Assembly: GCA_021372535.1 (NCBI GenBank)
Contig: JAJFUH010000107.1
Span: 5,768-69,767, forward strand
Length of the DNA: 64,000 nucleotides
Direction: 5' to 3'
Source: a bacterium
GTDB lineage: Bacteria; Latescibacterota; Latescibacteria; Latescibacterales; Latescibacteraceae
Shown here: in pieces, positions 10,312-19,636 of the stretch
How positions within the stretch are numbered: the stretch's first letter is position 1
Layout of the letters: each line of letters opens with the position of its first letter
Translations under genes and position numbers: made by a program
Notes under the pieces: model-generated
Databases searched by the model: none
Told to the model about the DNA's origin: nothing
The model's input: only the letters and a program-made list of their open reading frames with translations

Positions 10312-10873
10312 TCATAAAAAACAAATATATATTGTTTTTTATGTTCTTATGGCAGTCTTGCTGTTTGCATGCAATAATATCATGATTTTATAATTCGGCA
10401 GAAAACAGGCTTCATACATCATTCTCAGGATTCGATGTAACAAATCGCTGTAATGTTTCATCAAAGTGGTGAAATTGTATGTAATCGGTATTAAATACGC
10501 CCCAAAGTGATCAATATTGATCATTTCAAAAGAAACTATTATAAGGATTAAAAAAGTTCCATTCAATCATCTTTAAAGAGGCTTTATCACCTCATGAAAG
10601 AATGGAGAGTCAGCTTGTTCCGTATGAACGTACATAGTGAAAAATCATTCTTTAGCAATCTTGTTGAATTCTGGAGACACGTATTTCGAGATTCAGATTC
10701 GTTGACGGGCGACAATTACTTGGTCAGCAAAGACGAATACGAAGAAATTGAACTGTTGTTTCGCAGCCCCGGTAAAGAACGTACGAGTGGTATAGAGAAT
10801 GAATAACCTGGATTTAAACATTGAAAAGAATTCCGGGCCATAAAATGTATAATGAAAAAAGGAGGTATCTGCC

Positions 10874-11965
10874 GTGAAAAAAAATCTGAAAATGGAATTT
10901 CTGCTCTTATTAGTTATTCTCCTCGTTTTTGCGTGTCTGTCCTTGCCGGTTTCCGGCGAAAATCATGATTATCAGAACGGTGTAAATCCTCAACGTAACG
11001 TACTTGTGGAAGCATTCACGGGTTCATGGTGTAGAAATTGCACAGTAGATATATTGACTGTTGAAAGGTATGTAAGAACGCATAGTAATATCTTTATGCT
11101 GGCGTATCATTTCAATGATCAGATGGCCACAGAAGATATCGAGGTGGTTATTTTCAGATTTACTGACGCATTTCCAGGTTTTGCTGTGGACAGGACTGTT
11201 TATAAAGACCTTAATTCCCTTGTTGCGAGAATGAACAACTGTGCTCAAAAAATTGAGGAGAGGTTATTGATTCCGCCCCGAATGACAATCGATCTGAGTT
11301 ATACGTATTCTCCTGAATCAAGACTGATCGATCTCGATGTCGCTCTTCATACCCTTGAGACAATCGATGCGAATTGTTATCTCCATATCGTTGTTGCTGA
11401 GGACAGCCTTAAATATCCGCAGCAAGGGGGAGCCGATCCATTCTACCACATGCATACCGTGCGCGACTTTATAACGGGAACAGACGGCGAACGGCTTAAC
11501 GATTCTGTACTCGCGGAGGGAACCGATATTCACAGGAATTATGCATACACACTGCAAAGCAAATTCAAACCTGAGAAAATCCGCATCGTTGTATTTGTCA
11601 GCGAAGGAATCGTGGGACCGGTGTGCCAGGCCGAGGAGCTGGTTCTCGTCGAGAACATCGTGACCAGGGTCGATGAATTGACCCCGGATACGTTCCGGGT
11701 GCACGCACCCTATCCTAATCCTTTCAATCCCGTAACAACGATCGAGTTTACTCTTCCCTCGGAATCGCATGTCAGCCTTGTAATGTATGATGTGCTGGGA
11801 AGAGTCGTCGATATTCCCGTTGATCGAACCTTGAGTACCGGGACACACCGGATCGTATGGGACGGCCGCGACAGAAAGGGTATCACGCTTGCTGATGGAC
11901 TGTATCTGTTCCGGCTTACTGCCGGAAATCATATAGCTCATGGGAAAGTGACACTTCTCAGATGA
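10874..11965 (+). CDS. Secreted T9SS cargo protein with an N-terminal CxxC thioredoxin-like (Omp28-related) domain and a C-terminal Por secretion sorting domain
   Basis: It has a signal peptide and the motif EAFTGSWCRNC. The C-terminus (YPNPFNPVTTIEF...GLYLFRLTAG...KVTLLR) matches the T9SS type-A CTD (TIGR04183-like). It is a paralog of 14323..16074 (shared YHMHxVRxxITGTxGERLN). Confidence 0.7.
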   Translation: MKKNLKMEFLLLLVILLVFACLSLPVSGENHDYQNGVNPQRNVLVEAFTGSWCRNCTVDILTVERYVRTHSNIFMLAYHFNDQMATEDIEVVIFRFTDAFPGFAVDRTVYKDLNSLVARMNNCAQKIEERLLIPPRMTIDLSYTYSPESRLIDLDVALHTLETIDANCYLHIVVAEDSLKYPQQGGADPFYHMHTVRDFITGTDGERLNDSVLAEGTDIHRNYAYTLQSKFKPEKIRIVVFVSEGIVGPVCQAEELVLVENIVTRVDELTPDTFRVHAPYPNPFNPVTTIEFTLPSESHVSLVMYDVLGRVVDIPVDRTLSTGTHRIVWDGRDRKGITLADGLYLFRLTAGNHIAHGKVTLLR

Positions 11966-12066
11966 TTGGTAAAAAAAACTTTTCGATTATGGTTTATGAA
12001 TACCATGAGATATTCCGGAATAAATCCATCAATCGGCATAGACAATTTCCACCAAAGGAGAGAGAG

Positions 12067-14238
12067 ATGAGAACTTCAAGGCTGATTTTTATGGCGATCA
12101 TGATTATAACTGTATCACAAGCTCTGGCGCAGGGAACGTGGACGCAATACCCGATAAGAATTGAAAAAATACAAGATATTGTGGTAAAAGACGGCGAATT
12201 ATGGTGTTCTTCGGAACGTAGAGTTTTTACGGTAAATCCATCGACAATGGAGTATAATGAGATTTTTAATGCTGGTTCTGATTATACAGGTGAAATTGAA
12301 AAGAGCACTACAGGTGATGTTTTAGTTGGCCTTGCCACAAAACAGTTCGTGTTTAAAAACGGTACATGGAAAAAAATCCAATATTCAGAACCCAATTCCG
12401 ATATCAGATATCCTGGAGCAGAATACTATGTACCATTTTGTTATGACCCTGACGGGATATGCTGGATGGCGGGCCATGGGATCGGGTTGATTCGTTTTGA
12501 CGGAGAGAAATATTCCAAAGTACCGGATGTTGAGTTTCTCCCGGATGATCGGGTAAAATCAATATTTGCCGGAAGTGATGGCAGAATATGGATCGGTACT
12601 AAAATAGGATTATATTGCTACGACAGAGAATCCGTGGAAAAACTGAGTTATAGCAAGGATAATCCTGAATATCGTGTTAAATGCATAGCGGAGGGATCGG
12701 ATGGTTCAATCTGGATAGGTACTCTGGATGATGGTATATTTAATTACAAAGACGGCTCGTGGAGCCACTATATTCCGGAGAGCAACGGAATTAAATATTT
12801 TGGCACCGGCTCATTACTCGTGGATGATACAGGGAACCTCTGGGCTTCATTAGTTCCTGTGAACTTTGAATGTAATAATCCTAATTCAACGCTTTTTAAG
12901 TTCGACGGTGAAACCTGGTATTCCTACCCCGATCCTGTTACCGCTAAATTAGTGGTGAAGTCATTAACACTCGCTCCTGACGGCACTATATGGGCAGGGA
13001 CGTACAATCAGATTTCTGATAAAGATGCCGGTATACTGCAATTTGACGGCAAAAAGTGGACAAATCACTTCTACAGTGAATTCATACCTCGTAACTTATA
13101 TATATATGGTCTCTTATACCACGATGGTTCATTACTACTGGCAACTGAAAACGAAGGATTATACCAGTATGATGGTACATCGTGGTCACACATCGTAAGC
13201 CCGTTTACCGATGCCAGGTCTGTCGCTGTTTCATCCGATAACAAAATATGGGTAGCAACAAAAGAAAAGCTTTACCGAAATGATGATTCATCATGGAAAC
13301 CTTTTACTTCAAACATGCTGACCGATAATAATATAATAAATCAAATCGCTGTCGGTTCCGATGGAATCGTATGGTGTATGACAAAGAACGGCCTTGTGCG
13401 TTTTGATGGTTCCGTCTGGAAATTGCAGGGTGAGAGCGACGGTATTCCCGATGGGGTCCTTTCAACTATTGCGGCTGATCCTTCCGGCCATATCTGGTTA
13501 GCCTGGTATACTTTTATATCCGATGAATTAATAAGTGGTATTACTGTTTATGATGGTGAAAAATGGACGGAAACGGGAATACCGGATAATTCGAAAGCGT
13601 CCACGGCTATCAATAAAATCATTTTCGGTCCCGAAGGTGAACCCTGGGCCGTCAGCTATAATGAACTTTTCAGATATGACGGTGCAAAATGGGTGAAAGA
13701 ACCGTATGAGTACCGGCAAATAATGGATATCACCTGTGATTCGGAAGGATATCTCTATATAAGAAATGAGATGGGAGTTGACTGTTATAATGGTGAAAGT
13801 AGAATGACCTATATCACTGGCATAGATGTCCCGAATTTGTCCTTTCTGGCAGCAGGTGATAAAGGTATGGTTTTTGGCGTGATGAGAGACGGTGTTTTCG
13901 CGCGGTTCGATCCTTACCGGATTCCAACGGTCGTCGATGAACCATATATAACAACTCCCGGTACATTCCCGATTGTTGGCAATTATCCGAATCCGTTCAA
14001 TATGTCGACAACCGTCTATTTCGAGCTGCCGTCGGAAACGCTGGTCGATCTTGCGATATTCTCAGTTACGGGACAGAAGATACGGACGCTGGTTTCCGAA
14101 CGGAAGAATCCCGGCAGGCATGTAATCGTATGGGACGGTCGCGATGATTTTGGCCGGAACGTATCTTCCGGCATCTATATAAGCCGTCTGCTCGGGGGAG
14201 AACTTACCGCATCATCACGCATGATGTTGTTAAAGTAG
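12067..14238 (+). CDS. Secreted Reg_prop beta-propeller repeat protein with a T9SS C-terminal sorting domain
   Basis: The ORF track gives 11962..14238. The likely start is the Met at 12067 (MRTSRLIFMAIMII..., signal peptide). It has many DG.IW.GT..GL repeats. The CTD is YPNPFNMSTTVYFELP...GIYISRL. Confidence 0.7.
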   Translation: MRTSRLIFMAIMIITVSQALAQGTWTQYPIRIEKIQDIVVKDGELWCSSERRVFTVNPSTMEYNEIFNAGSDYTGEIEKSTTGDVLVGLATKQFVFKNGTWKKIQYSEPNSDIRYPGAEYYVPFCYDPDGICWMAGHGIGLIRFDGEKYSKVPDVEFLPDDRVKSIFAGSDGRIWIGTKIGLYCYDRESVEKLSYSKDNPEYRVKCIAEGSDGSIWIGTLDDGIFNYKDGSWSHYIPESNGIKYFGTGSLLVDDTGNLWASLVPVNFECNNPNSTLFKFDGETWYSYPDPVTAKLVVKSLTLAPDGTIWAGTYNQISDKDAGILQFDGKKWTNHFYSEFIPRNLYIYGLLYHDGSLLLATENEGLYQYDGTSWSHIVSPFTDARSVAVSSDNKIWVATKEKLYRNDDSSWKPFTSNMLTDNNIINQIAVGSDGIVWCMTKNGLVRFDGSVWKLQGESDGIPDGVLSTIAADPSGHIWLAWYTFISDELISGITVYDGEKWTETGIPDNSKASTAINKIIFGPEGEPWAVSYNELFRYDGAKWVKEPYEYRQIMDITCDSEGYLYIRNEMGVDCYNGESRMTYITGIDVPNLSFLAAGDKGMVFGVMRDGVFARFDPYRIPTVVDEPYITTPGTFPIVGNYPNPFNMSTTVYFELPSETLVDLAIFSVTGQKIRTLVSERKNPGRHVIVWDGRDDFGRNVSSGIYISRLLGGELTASSRMMLLK

Positions 14239-14322
14239 ATTGATACGTATGAAATAACAACCGTTCGTCTTTGCAGGATGGACGGTTGTTGATTTTCAGC
14301 CGCGAAGTGACCGTAAAGAGAT

Positions 14323-16074
14323 ATGAACCTTATCGAAAAGGCATCTGTCGTGAAATCAGAGTCGTATACCATGTTTTTCATATATACGCTGGTGTTTTTA
14401 ATAGCTTTGTTTCATGCCGGGACAGCGGTTTCGGGCGATAACTACGAACCGAATGATTCGAGAGAAACGGCATACGAAATATCTTTTTCCGATGGTGTAT
14501 GGAAATCCGAAACGGCAACGATCGACACCCGGGAAGATGCCGACTGGTATTCGTTTTACGGGGAAAGCGATAGTTTCATTTCTATTTCATCCGATCCCAT
14601 TACAAAGTTCGACATTGCTTTTTCTCTCTATTACGGCGATTCAAGACTCACCTGCGCCGACAATTATTTCAGCGGTATGGCTGAAAAAATCGTAAAATAT
14701 CCGCTTGGTAAGGACGGGATATACTATATATGTGTCGGAACTCCCGAATCGACAAAAAAGAGAACCACTACCGATACGGATTCGTTCGGCTCGTATTCAC
14801 TCGAAATAACACTGTATAAAAGTCATACCATTTCCGGAAAAGTAACTGATTCACAAACGGGAAACGCGATATCGTCGGCACGGATCACTGTCGAACATGA
14901 TACCTCATATACAGCCGAGACAGATGTCGATGGAATGTTTGAAGTTATCCTGAAAGGAGCCCTCTCAGGCGAACCATTTGCCATACAGGTTCAAAAAACC
15001 GGCTATATTGCCGAGATTGCCAAAGGGATTGTATCAAATGCAAAGGAAACTGCCGTATCGATAGAACTCGCCCCACTTCCGGACAATTCCCGCAATGTCC
15101 TCCTTGAAGAATTCACCGCAACCTGGTGCACGTGGTGCCCGTATGCTACCGATATACTTGAAGAGATAATCCGCAGCCAGGGCAATGTTATCTCCATTGC
15201 GTACCACATTGAAGATGAAATGAGCACACCCGAAGGAGATCAGCTTGACGATATGTTAAGTCCGGCGCTTCCTCAGGCATTGATCGACAGGACACAATTC
15301 ACTGGAAGCAGTTCCATCCTGGTCAATCGTCAGGAATGGACAAAGCGATGCATCGAACGCTCACAGGTGCCGGCTCCTCTTTCGATCCATATTTCATGCG
15401 ATTATACAGGCTCGTCACGAAATGCTGATGTGACCGTTGACATGCTTTCCCTTTCCGATATGAAGGGAGCGTACAGGATCAATGTGGTTGTCTGCGAAGA
15501 CAGCCTTGATTATGAGCAGCATATCACCGGAAAAGACTATAAAACGATTTCTCCTTACTACCATATGCATGTCGTTCGCCGGATGATTACGGGAACATAT
15601 GGCGAACGGTTAAATACCGATCCGATTCAGGCGCAGACAAATATCCGGAAATACTATTCGTTCACGCTCGATGATTCGATTAATGAAAACTACGCTCGTC
15701 TTGTGGTATTCGTCAATGAAGATTTAAAAAACGGCCTGGGACCAGTGCAGCAGGCTGCACAGTGTACTATTATGGAAGACACGATAACGGAAGTCGAAAT
15801 CGACGAGCGAATCGCCTTTCAGATTCATCCGGCATTCCCGAATCCATTCAATACTACAACGATGATTCCATTCACTCTGACACAGGATAAACACATAGTG
15901 CTGACTGTTTATAACATTGTTGGAGAAAAAGTAACGACACTGACCGACCGTATCTGGCCACCGGGTAAGCATTCCATAATTTGGGATGCTCATGGATTTT
16001 CCAGCGGAATATATTTTTACCGGCTACAGGCGGGTGCGTCGATAGGCACGGGGAAAATGCTGCTGATCAAGTGA
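14323..16074 (+). CDS. Secreted multidomain T9SS cargo protein with PPC-like, carboxypeptidase-regulatory-like and CxxC thioredoxin-like (Omp28-related) domains plus the T9SS CTD
   Basis: It has the EPNDSRETAYEI PPC-type motif, a CxxC motif (EEFTATWCTWCPYA), and the CTD FPNPFNTTTMIPFTL...GIYFYRLQAG. The start may be the Met at 14371. Confidence 0.65.
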   Translation: MNLIEKASVVKSESYTMFFIYTLVFLIALFHAGTAVSGDNYEPNDSRETAYEISFSDGVWKSETATIDTREDADWYSFYGESDSFISISSDPITKFDIAFSLYYGDSRLTCADNYFSGMAEKIVKYPLGKDGIYYICVGTPESTKKRTTTDTDSFGSYSLEITLYKSHTISGKVTDSQTGNAISSARITVEHDTSYTAETDVDGMFEVILKGALSGEPFAIQVQKTGYIAEIAKGIVSNAKETAVSIELAPLPDNSRNVLLEEFTATWCTWCPYATDILEEIIRSQGNVISIAYHIEDEMSTPEGDQLDDMLSPALPQALIDRTQFTGSSSILVNRQEWTKRCIERSQVPAPLSIHISCDYTGSSRNADVTVDMLSLSDMKGAYRINVVVCEDSLDYEQHITGKDYKTISPYYHMHVVRRMITGTYGERLNTDPIQAQTNIRKYYSFTLDDSINENYARLVVFVNEDLKNGLGPVQQAAQCTIMEDTITEVEIDERIAFQIHPAFPNPFNTTTMIPFTLTQDKHIVLTVYNIVGEKVTTLTDRIWPPGKHSIIWDAHGFSSGIYFYRLQAGASIGTGKMLLIK

Positions 16075-16089
16075 AAGCATGGAGAAACA

Positions 16090-16611
16090 GTGATGAACAA
16101 GTATAAATCGTTTGCAACGGTATTCGTTATCTCGTTTTGTTTTTTTGTTCTGCCATATTCTCGATCGTATGCCCGGTCACCTGTCATACCTTTCTCATTC
16201 AAAACGTTGACAAACGAAATCATGCCTGTTGATTCCCTTCTTCAGAAAGGACCGGTACTGATAACATTCTGGGCAATGTGGTGCAAACCGTGCAAGGAAG
16301 AACTGCATGCGCTCAGCAAGGTACATTCCGAGTATCCTTTTGATTCCATTACGATAGTATCCGTGACAATCGATACTCCGCGAAGCATAGACCGTGTCAA
16401 ATCCTATGTTAAAACTCACAATTTCCCTTTTATATGCAGTACCGATCCCGGTAAAGAAATACTGAGAATCTTCAACGTTTCAGGGATTCCCTTTACGGTG
16501 ATTCTCAATAAAAAGCGGGAAGTGATCATGATGCATTCCGGATATGTCCCCGGTGATCTGGACGAATATGGAAAAAAAATCGAAAGCTGTCTGAAAACAG
16601 GAAAAGAATGA
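16090..16611 (+). CDS. TlpA/ResA-like periplasmic thiol:disulfide oxidoreductase (thioredoxin fold)
   Basis: It has a signal peptide and the WAMWCKPC active-site motif, with the size of TlpA-like thioredoxins. Its stop overlaps the start of the next gene. Confidence 0.75.
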   Translation: MMNKYKSFATVFVISFCFFVLPYSRSYARSPVIPFSFKTLTNEIMPVDSLLQKGPVLITFWAMWCKPCKEELHALSKVHSEYPFDSITIVSVTIDTPRSIDRVKSYVKTHNFPFICSTDPGKEILRIFNVSGIPFTVILNKKREVIMMHSGYVPGDLDEYGKKIESCLKTGKE

Positions 16612-18215
16612 ACAATATCGAGAAATACATAATAACGCTTCTTCTTTTTACAATCATACCGGTTCGTGCGTTCGCTTCACTGCCTTCCGTATCCGTCTCG
16701 AACTATTTCCGCTACGGTTTTGGCAACGAGATCATGAATTATAGAAATGAGGACAAGAAATATCTTGAAGAAAAAATCGCTGTTAATATTCACTGGAACC
16801 GTTTTCTGCTCGGCGGACGATATGATTATGACAATCCACCGGAATTTGGTTTTGAACATAGAAAACTGAGAAAATGGTATCTTGAATACAGGAAGGGACA
16901 ATGGAAACTCAGGGGAGGCACGTTCGCGGCCCTTTTTTCAAGGGGTCTGGTTTTAAACGCATACGAAGAGGAAATGATCGGTCATGACAGCGAAATTACC
17001 GGCGTAAACGCGCTGTATGAAAACGAACGCACAACGGTAAATATACTTGCCGGAAGCATGGATTATGAGATGATTCCGGATTTCAGGGATATCGTAACCT
17101 ATAACCTGCGCGGCGGTTCGATACGGAAAAAACTCATCGATTGGTACGCTGTCGGAGGCAGTTTCATACGGAGCGACCTGACCCAGAAAATCGGATATTA
17201 TAAGGTTAAGGACAAATTTTACGTAAATACAGCGGAGTTATGGTCGGAGATTGAAACAGACAATTTCAAGTTGTATGGCGGTATGGCATCAAACTCCCAT
17301 GAAAACAGAGGTCTTTTCACAGAGGGTGAAAACAGCGTATATGTTTCGCTCAACATGAATCTGCCCTCCACAAATGTCAACATTGAGTTCAAAAACTATA
17401 AATTCGGATTGACAACTCCTGAATATTGGGATTACACCCTGTATCGTCACCGGATGCTCGCATTTCAGAATCCTCCCACAGTAGTAAGAGAACACAGCTG
17501 GGTGCTGCTTTCACGACGCACACACAGTGTCAGTTTCAATGATGAGGTCGGTATGCAGTTCGACCTCTATCACAGACTATACCCTGAAACTACGCTCAAC
17601 CTTAACGGATCCGTTGCCGGAAAGCATTACCGGTATGATATGAATGAGTTCGGGGATTTTTCACGCAGAAAAAAGAATTTATCGTGGATACCGTCGCTCG
17701 ATCCCGAATATTCTCCGTTCTGGCAGGTATATGGTGAAGTTGAACACTACTTCCCGAATGGCAGTTCCATTACTGGTGGATTAGCCTATACGTTTGAGAG
17801 GATTTACAACTACTATATACCGGATGTCAGGGAGGAAAACAGGTCGTGTATCATACCCGTCCGGTTTATCTTTCAGCTGCCCGACTTGTATTCGTTACAG
17901 GGCACGGTAGAATATCAGAAATTTAAGGAAACCCTTCACGGCGACCAGTATTTTACCAACAGTTACTTTTCGTTTGGGATAGGCAAATCGCCTTACCTGA
18001 CAGCGGCAGTCGATGCTGAATATGTCACGAAAGGGTACGAGTATGATGATAAAACGCTGTGGTTGATTGGTACAATTCGTTATTGTTTCCGTTCGAGCCA
18101 GATTTTTGAAATAGGATATGGCGAGACACGAGGTGGACTTGTCTGCACGAACGGACGGTGCCGTTATGTTCCGGAATACAAGGGTTGGCGCTTTTCCGCC
18201 GAGATTCACTTCTGA
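16608..18215 (+). CDS. Putative outer-membrane beta-barrel protein of unknown function
   Basis: It has a signal peptide, alternating amphipathic segments rich in Y/G/F, and a C-terminal Phe (…AEIHF), as is typical of OMP barrels. It is the last gene of the T9SS-cargo/thioredoxin operon. Confidence 0.5.
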   Translation: MNNIEKYIITLLLFTIIPVRAFASLPSVSVSNYFRYGFGNEIMNYRNEDKKYLEEKIAVNIHWNRFLLGGRYDYDNPPEFGFEHRKLRKWYLEYRKGQWKLRGGTFAALFSRGLVLNAYEEEMIGHDSEITGVNALYENERTTVNILAGSMDYEMIPDFRDIVTYNLRGGSIRKKLIDWYAVGGSFIRSDLTQKIGYYKVKDKFYVNTAELWSEIETDNFKLYGGMASNSHENRGLFTEGENSVYVSLNMNLPSTNVNIEFKNYKFGLTTPEYWDYTLYRHRMLAFQNPPTVVREHSWVLLSRRTHSVSFNDEVGMQFDLYHRLYPETTLNLNGSVAGKHYRYDMNEFGDFSRRKKNLSWIPSLDPEYSPFWQVYGEVEHYFPNGSSITGGLAYTFERIYNYYIPDVREENRSCIIPVRFIFQLPDLYSLQGTVEYQKFKETLHGDQYFTNSYFSFGIGKSPYLTAAVDAEYVTKGYEYDDKTLWLIGTIRYCFRSSQIFEIGYGETRGGLVCTNGRCRYVPEYKGWRFSAEIHF

Positions 18216-18270
18216 ACCGAAATGAATTCGAATAAGAGAATAAATAGTTATCTTTATTATTGTGTCAGTT

Positions 18271-18405
18271 TGTGTTAGAAATGGTAGAATATAAAGGCAA
18301 TGGTGTGAATAGTAAACTTAGATATAATTTTTATAAGTGCAGAGGCCATGTAGCATTAGATTGTTTATTAATGATTTACGATTATTTATTGAATCCCCTT
18401 AAAAT
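18271..18405 (+). repeat. Conserved AT-rich island-end sequence, copy A. It is homologous to 59012..59167.
   Basis: I aligned it by hand to the segment preceding the partial tRNA-Ala. The identity is about 75–80% (by eye) over roughly 135–150 bp (tgtgtcagtttgtgttagaaatggt...ataagtgcagaggccatgtagcattag... versus gtgtgccagtttgtgccagaaatggtg...ataaatgcagaggccatgacgtattag...). Confidence 0.8.
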
Positions 18406-18406
18406 G

Positions 18407-18453
18407 TGACTCTGGATCAGCCTATCGAGGTTCAAATCCTTGCGGGGCAGCCA
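18407..18453 (+). repeat. Direct repeat of the tRNA-Gln 3' half (from the anticodon stem to CCA). It is a candidate attR.
   Basis: Its 47 nt are identical to 6447..6493. The downstream ~60 bp, including a terminator hairpin, are about 85% identical to the sequence downstream of the intact tRNA-Gln. Confidence 0.9.
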
Positions 18454-18474
18454 TAATAAAACAAATATTATCTG

Positions 18475-18507
18475 CCGCTTGCAGGGTGTTTTGCAAGTGG
18501 TTTTTTT
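18475..18507 (+). terminator. Rho-independent terminator (a repeat-associated copy)
   Basis: The hairpin CCGCTTGCA...TGCAAGTGG is followed by TTTTTTT. It is homologous to the terminator at 6515..6551. Confidence 0.6.
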
Positions 18508-18945
18508 ATACTATTCCTTATTTCTTTTTATTAATTTCAGTAGTACTATCTGATTGTACATTAATTAGTAGAATCAAAAAGAATAAAAGCATACATCTGG
18601 CCTGAACTGTTTATACCTTTTTAGGTCCTTAAAGTCCGCTGCATTTGTATCTCTGTGTTCCCCGAAAAGATTCCCTTCATGAATCTGATAGAATGTCCTT
18701 CATAATCTCATGGTAGATATCTGTTTATCTTTTTTGCTGCCGCCGGAACATCCCATTTAAATTTTTTATTTTTTCCTCAATATTTTAAACGATAAATAAT
18801 AAAAATGCTTGACAATATATATTAAAGTGGTAGATTTGTTACCAATGTGGTGATGTAGCTACTTATATGGTATTCAACTAATAAAATTTGTAGAATTTCT
18901 GATATTAATAAATTAAATTCAACATTTATAAGGAGTTGAAAAGAT

Positions 18946-19620
18946 ATGAATTCATGTGTGCGAGTTTTTTTATTTCTGACCATCATGTGTAGTGTATTGA
19001 TTGTATCTGTCCATGCAGATGATCAACCTATTATAAATTTACAAGAAGGTAGAAATGAGATTTCCTTTTCAATCAAGAACGGATGGGATTATGATCTCAG
19101 TGGCCTTAAATTGGAGGTTAATGAGGAAAAGATTCCTTCATGGCTGAAGATAACAGTGTTGAAAAATGAAATAAATATTCCGCAGAAAATGAGTGGGAAT
19201 ATAACATTGAACTTCAACATCAGTCATGCTCCGGATGGTTCCATAGCTGAGATTCCTTTTATTATAGTCGATAGTAATAATAACCAATGGAGTTATTACC
19301 TTAAAATTGGTGTAAGTTCAAATGAAAATTCAGCGCCTCACCCCATAGATATTCTCTATGGTAACTTTCCCAATCCATTTAATCCATCTACGACTATCAC
19401 GTATTCGCTTGCAGAAACAAGATTGACGAAGCTTGTAATCTATAATTCACTCGGCCAAAAAGTTAAAACGTTACTTAATGAATCACAGGAAGCAGGAATA
19501 CATACCATTCAATGGGACGGACGGAATGAGTTCGGGCAGAAAGTTTCGAGCGGTATCTACCTCTATCAATTAATATCGGGTTCATTTATTGAAAGCAATC
19601 GCATGATTCTATTGGAATAA
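18946..19620 (+). CDS. Small secreted protein with a T9SS C-terminal sorting domain
   Basis: It has a signal peptide and the CTD FPNPFNPSTTITYSL...GIYLYQLISG...MILLE. Confidence 0.65.
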   Translation: MNSCVRVFLFLTIMCSVLIVSVHADDQPIINLQEGRNEISFSIKNGWDYDLSGLKLEVNEEKIPSWLKITVLKNEINIPQKMSGNITLNFNISHAPDGSIAEIPFIIVDSNNNQWSYYLKIGVSSNENSAPHPIDILYGNFPNPFNPSTTITYSLAETRLTKLVIYNSLGQKVKTLLNESQEAGIHTIQWDGRNEFGQKVSSGIYLYQLISGSFIESNRMILLE

Positions 19621-19636
19621 CAATAAGAGGGAGAAC

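Noticed and set aside
10339-10806. Small ORFs (10339..10566 − and 10594..10806 +) between blaR1-1 and the T9SS operon
   Set aside because: They lie in AT-rich intergenic DNA with no motifs, no RBS and no paralogs. They are likely spurious.
6494-18405. A prophage or integrative conjugative element interpretation of the tRNA-flanked islands
   Set aside because: I recognise no integrase, excisionase, capsid, terminase, relaxase or T4SS genes. The att-like repeats are real, but the content is cargo only, so I report the region as an island or remnant rather than as a prophage or ICE.
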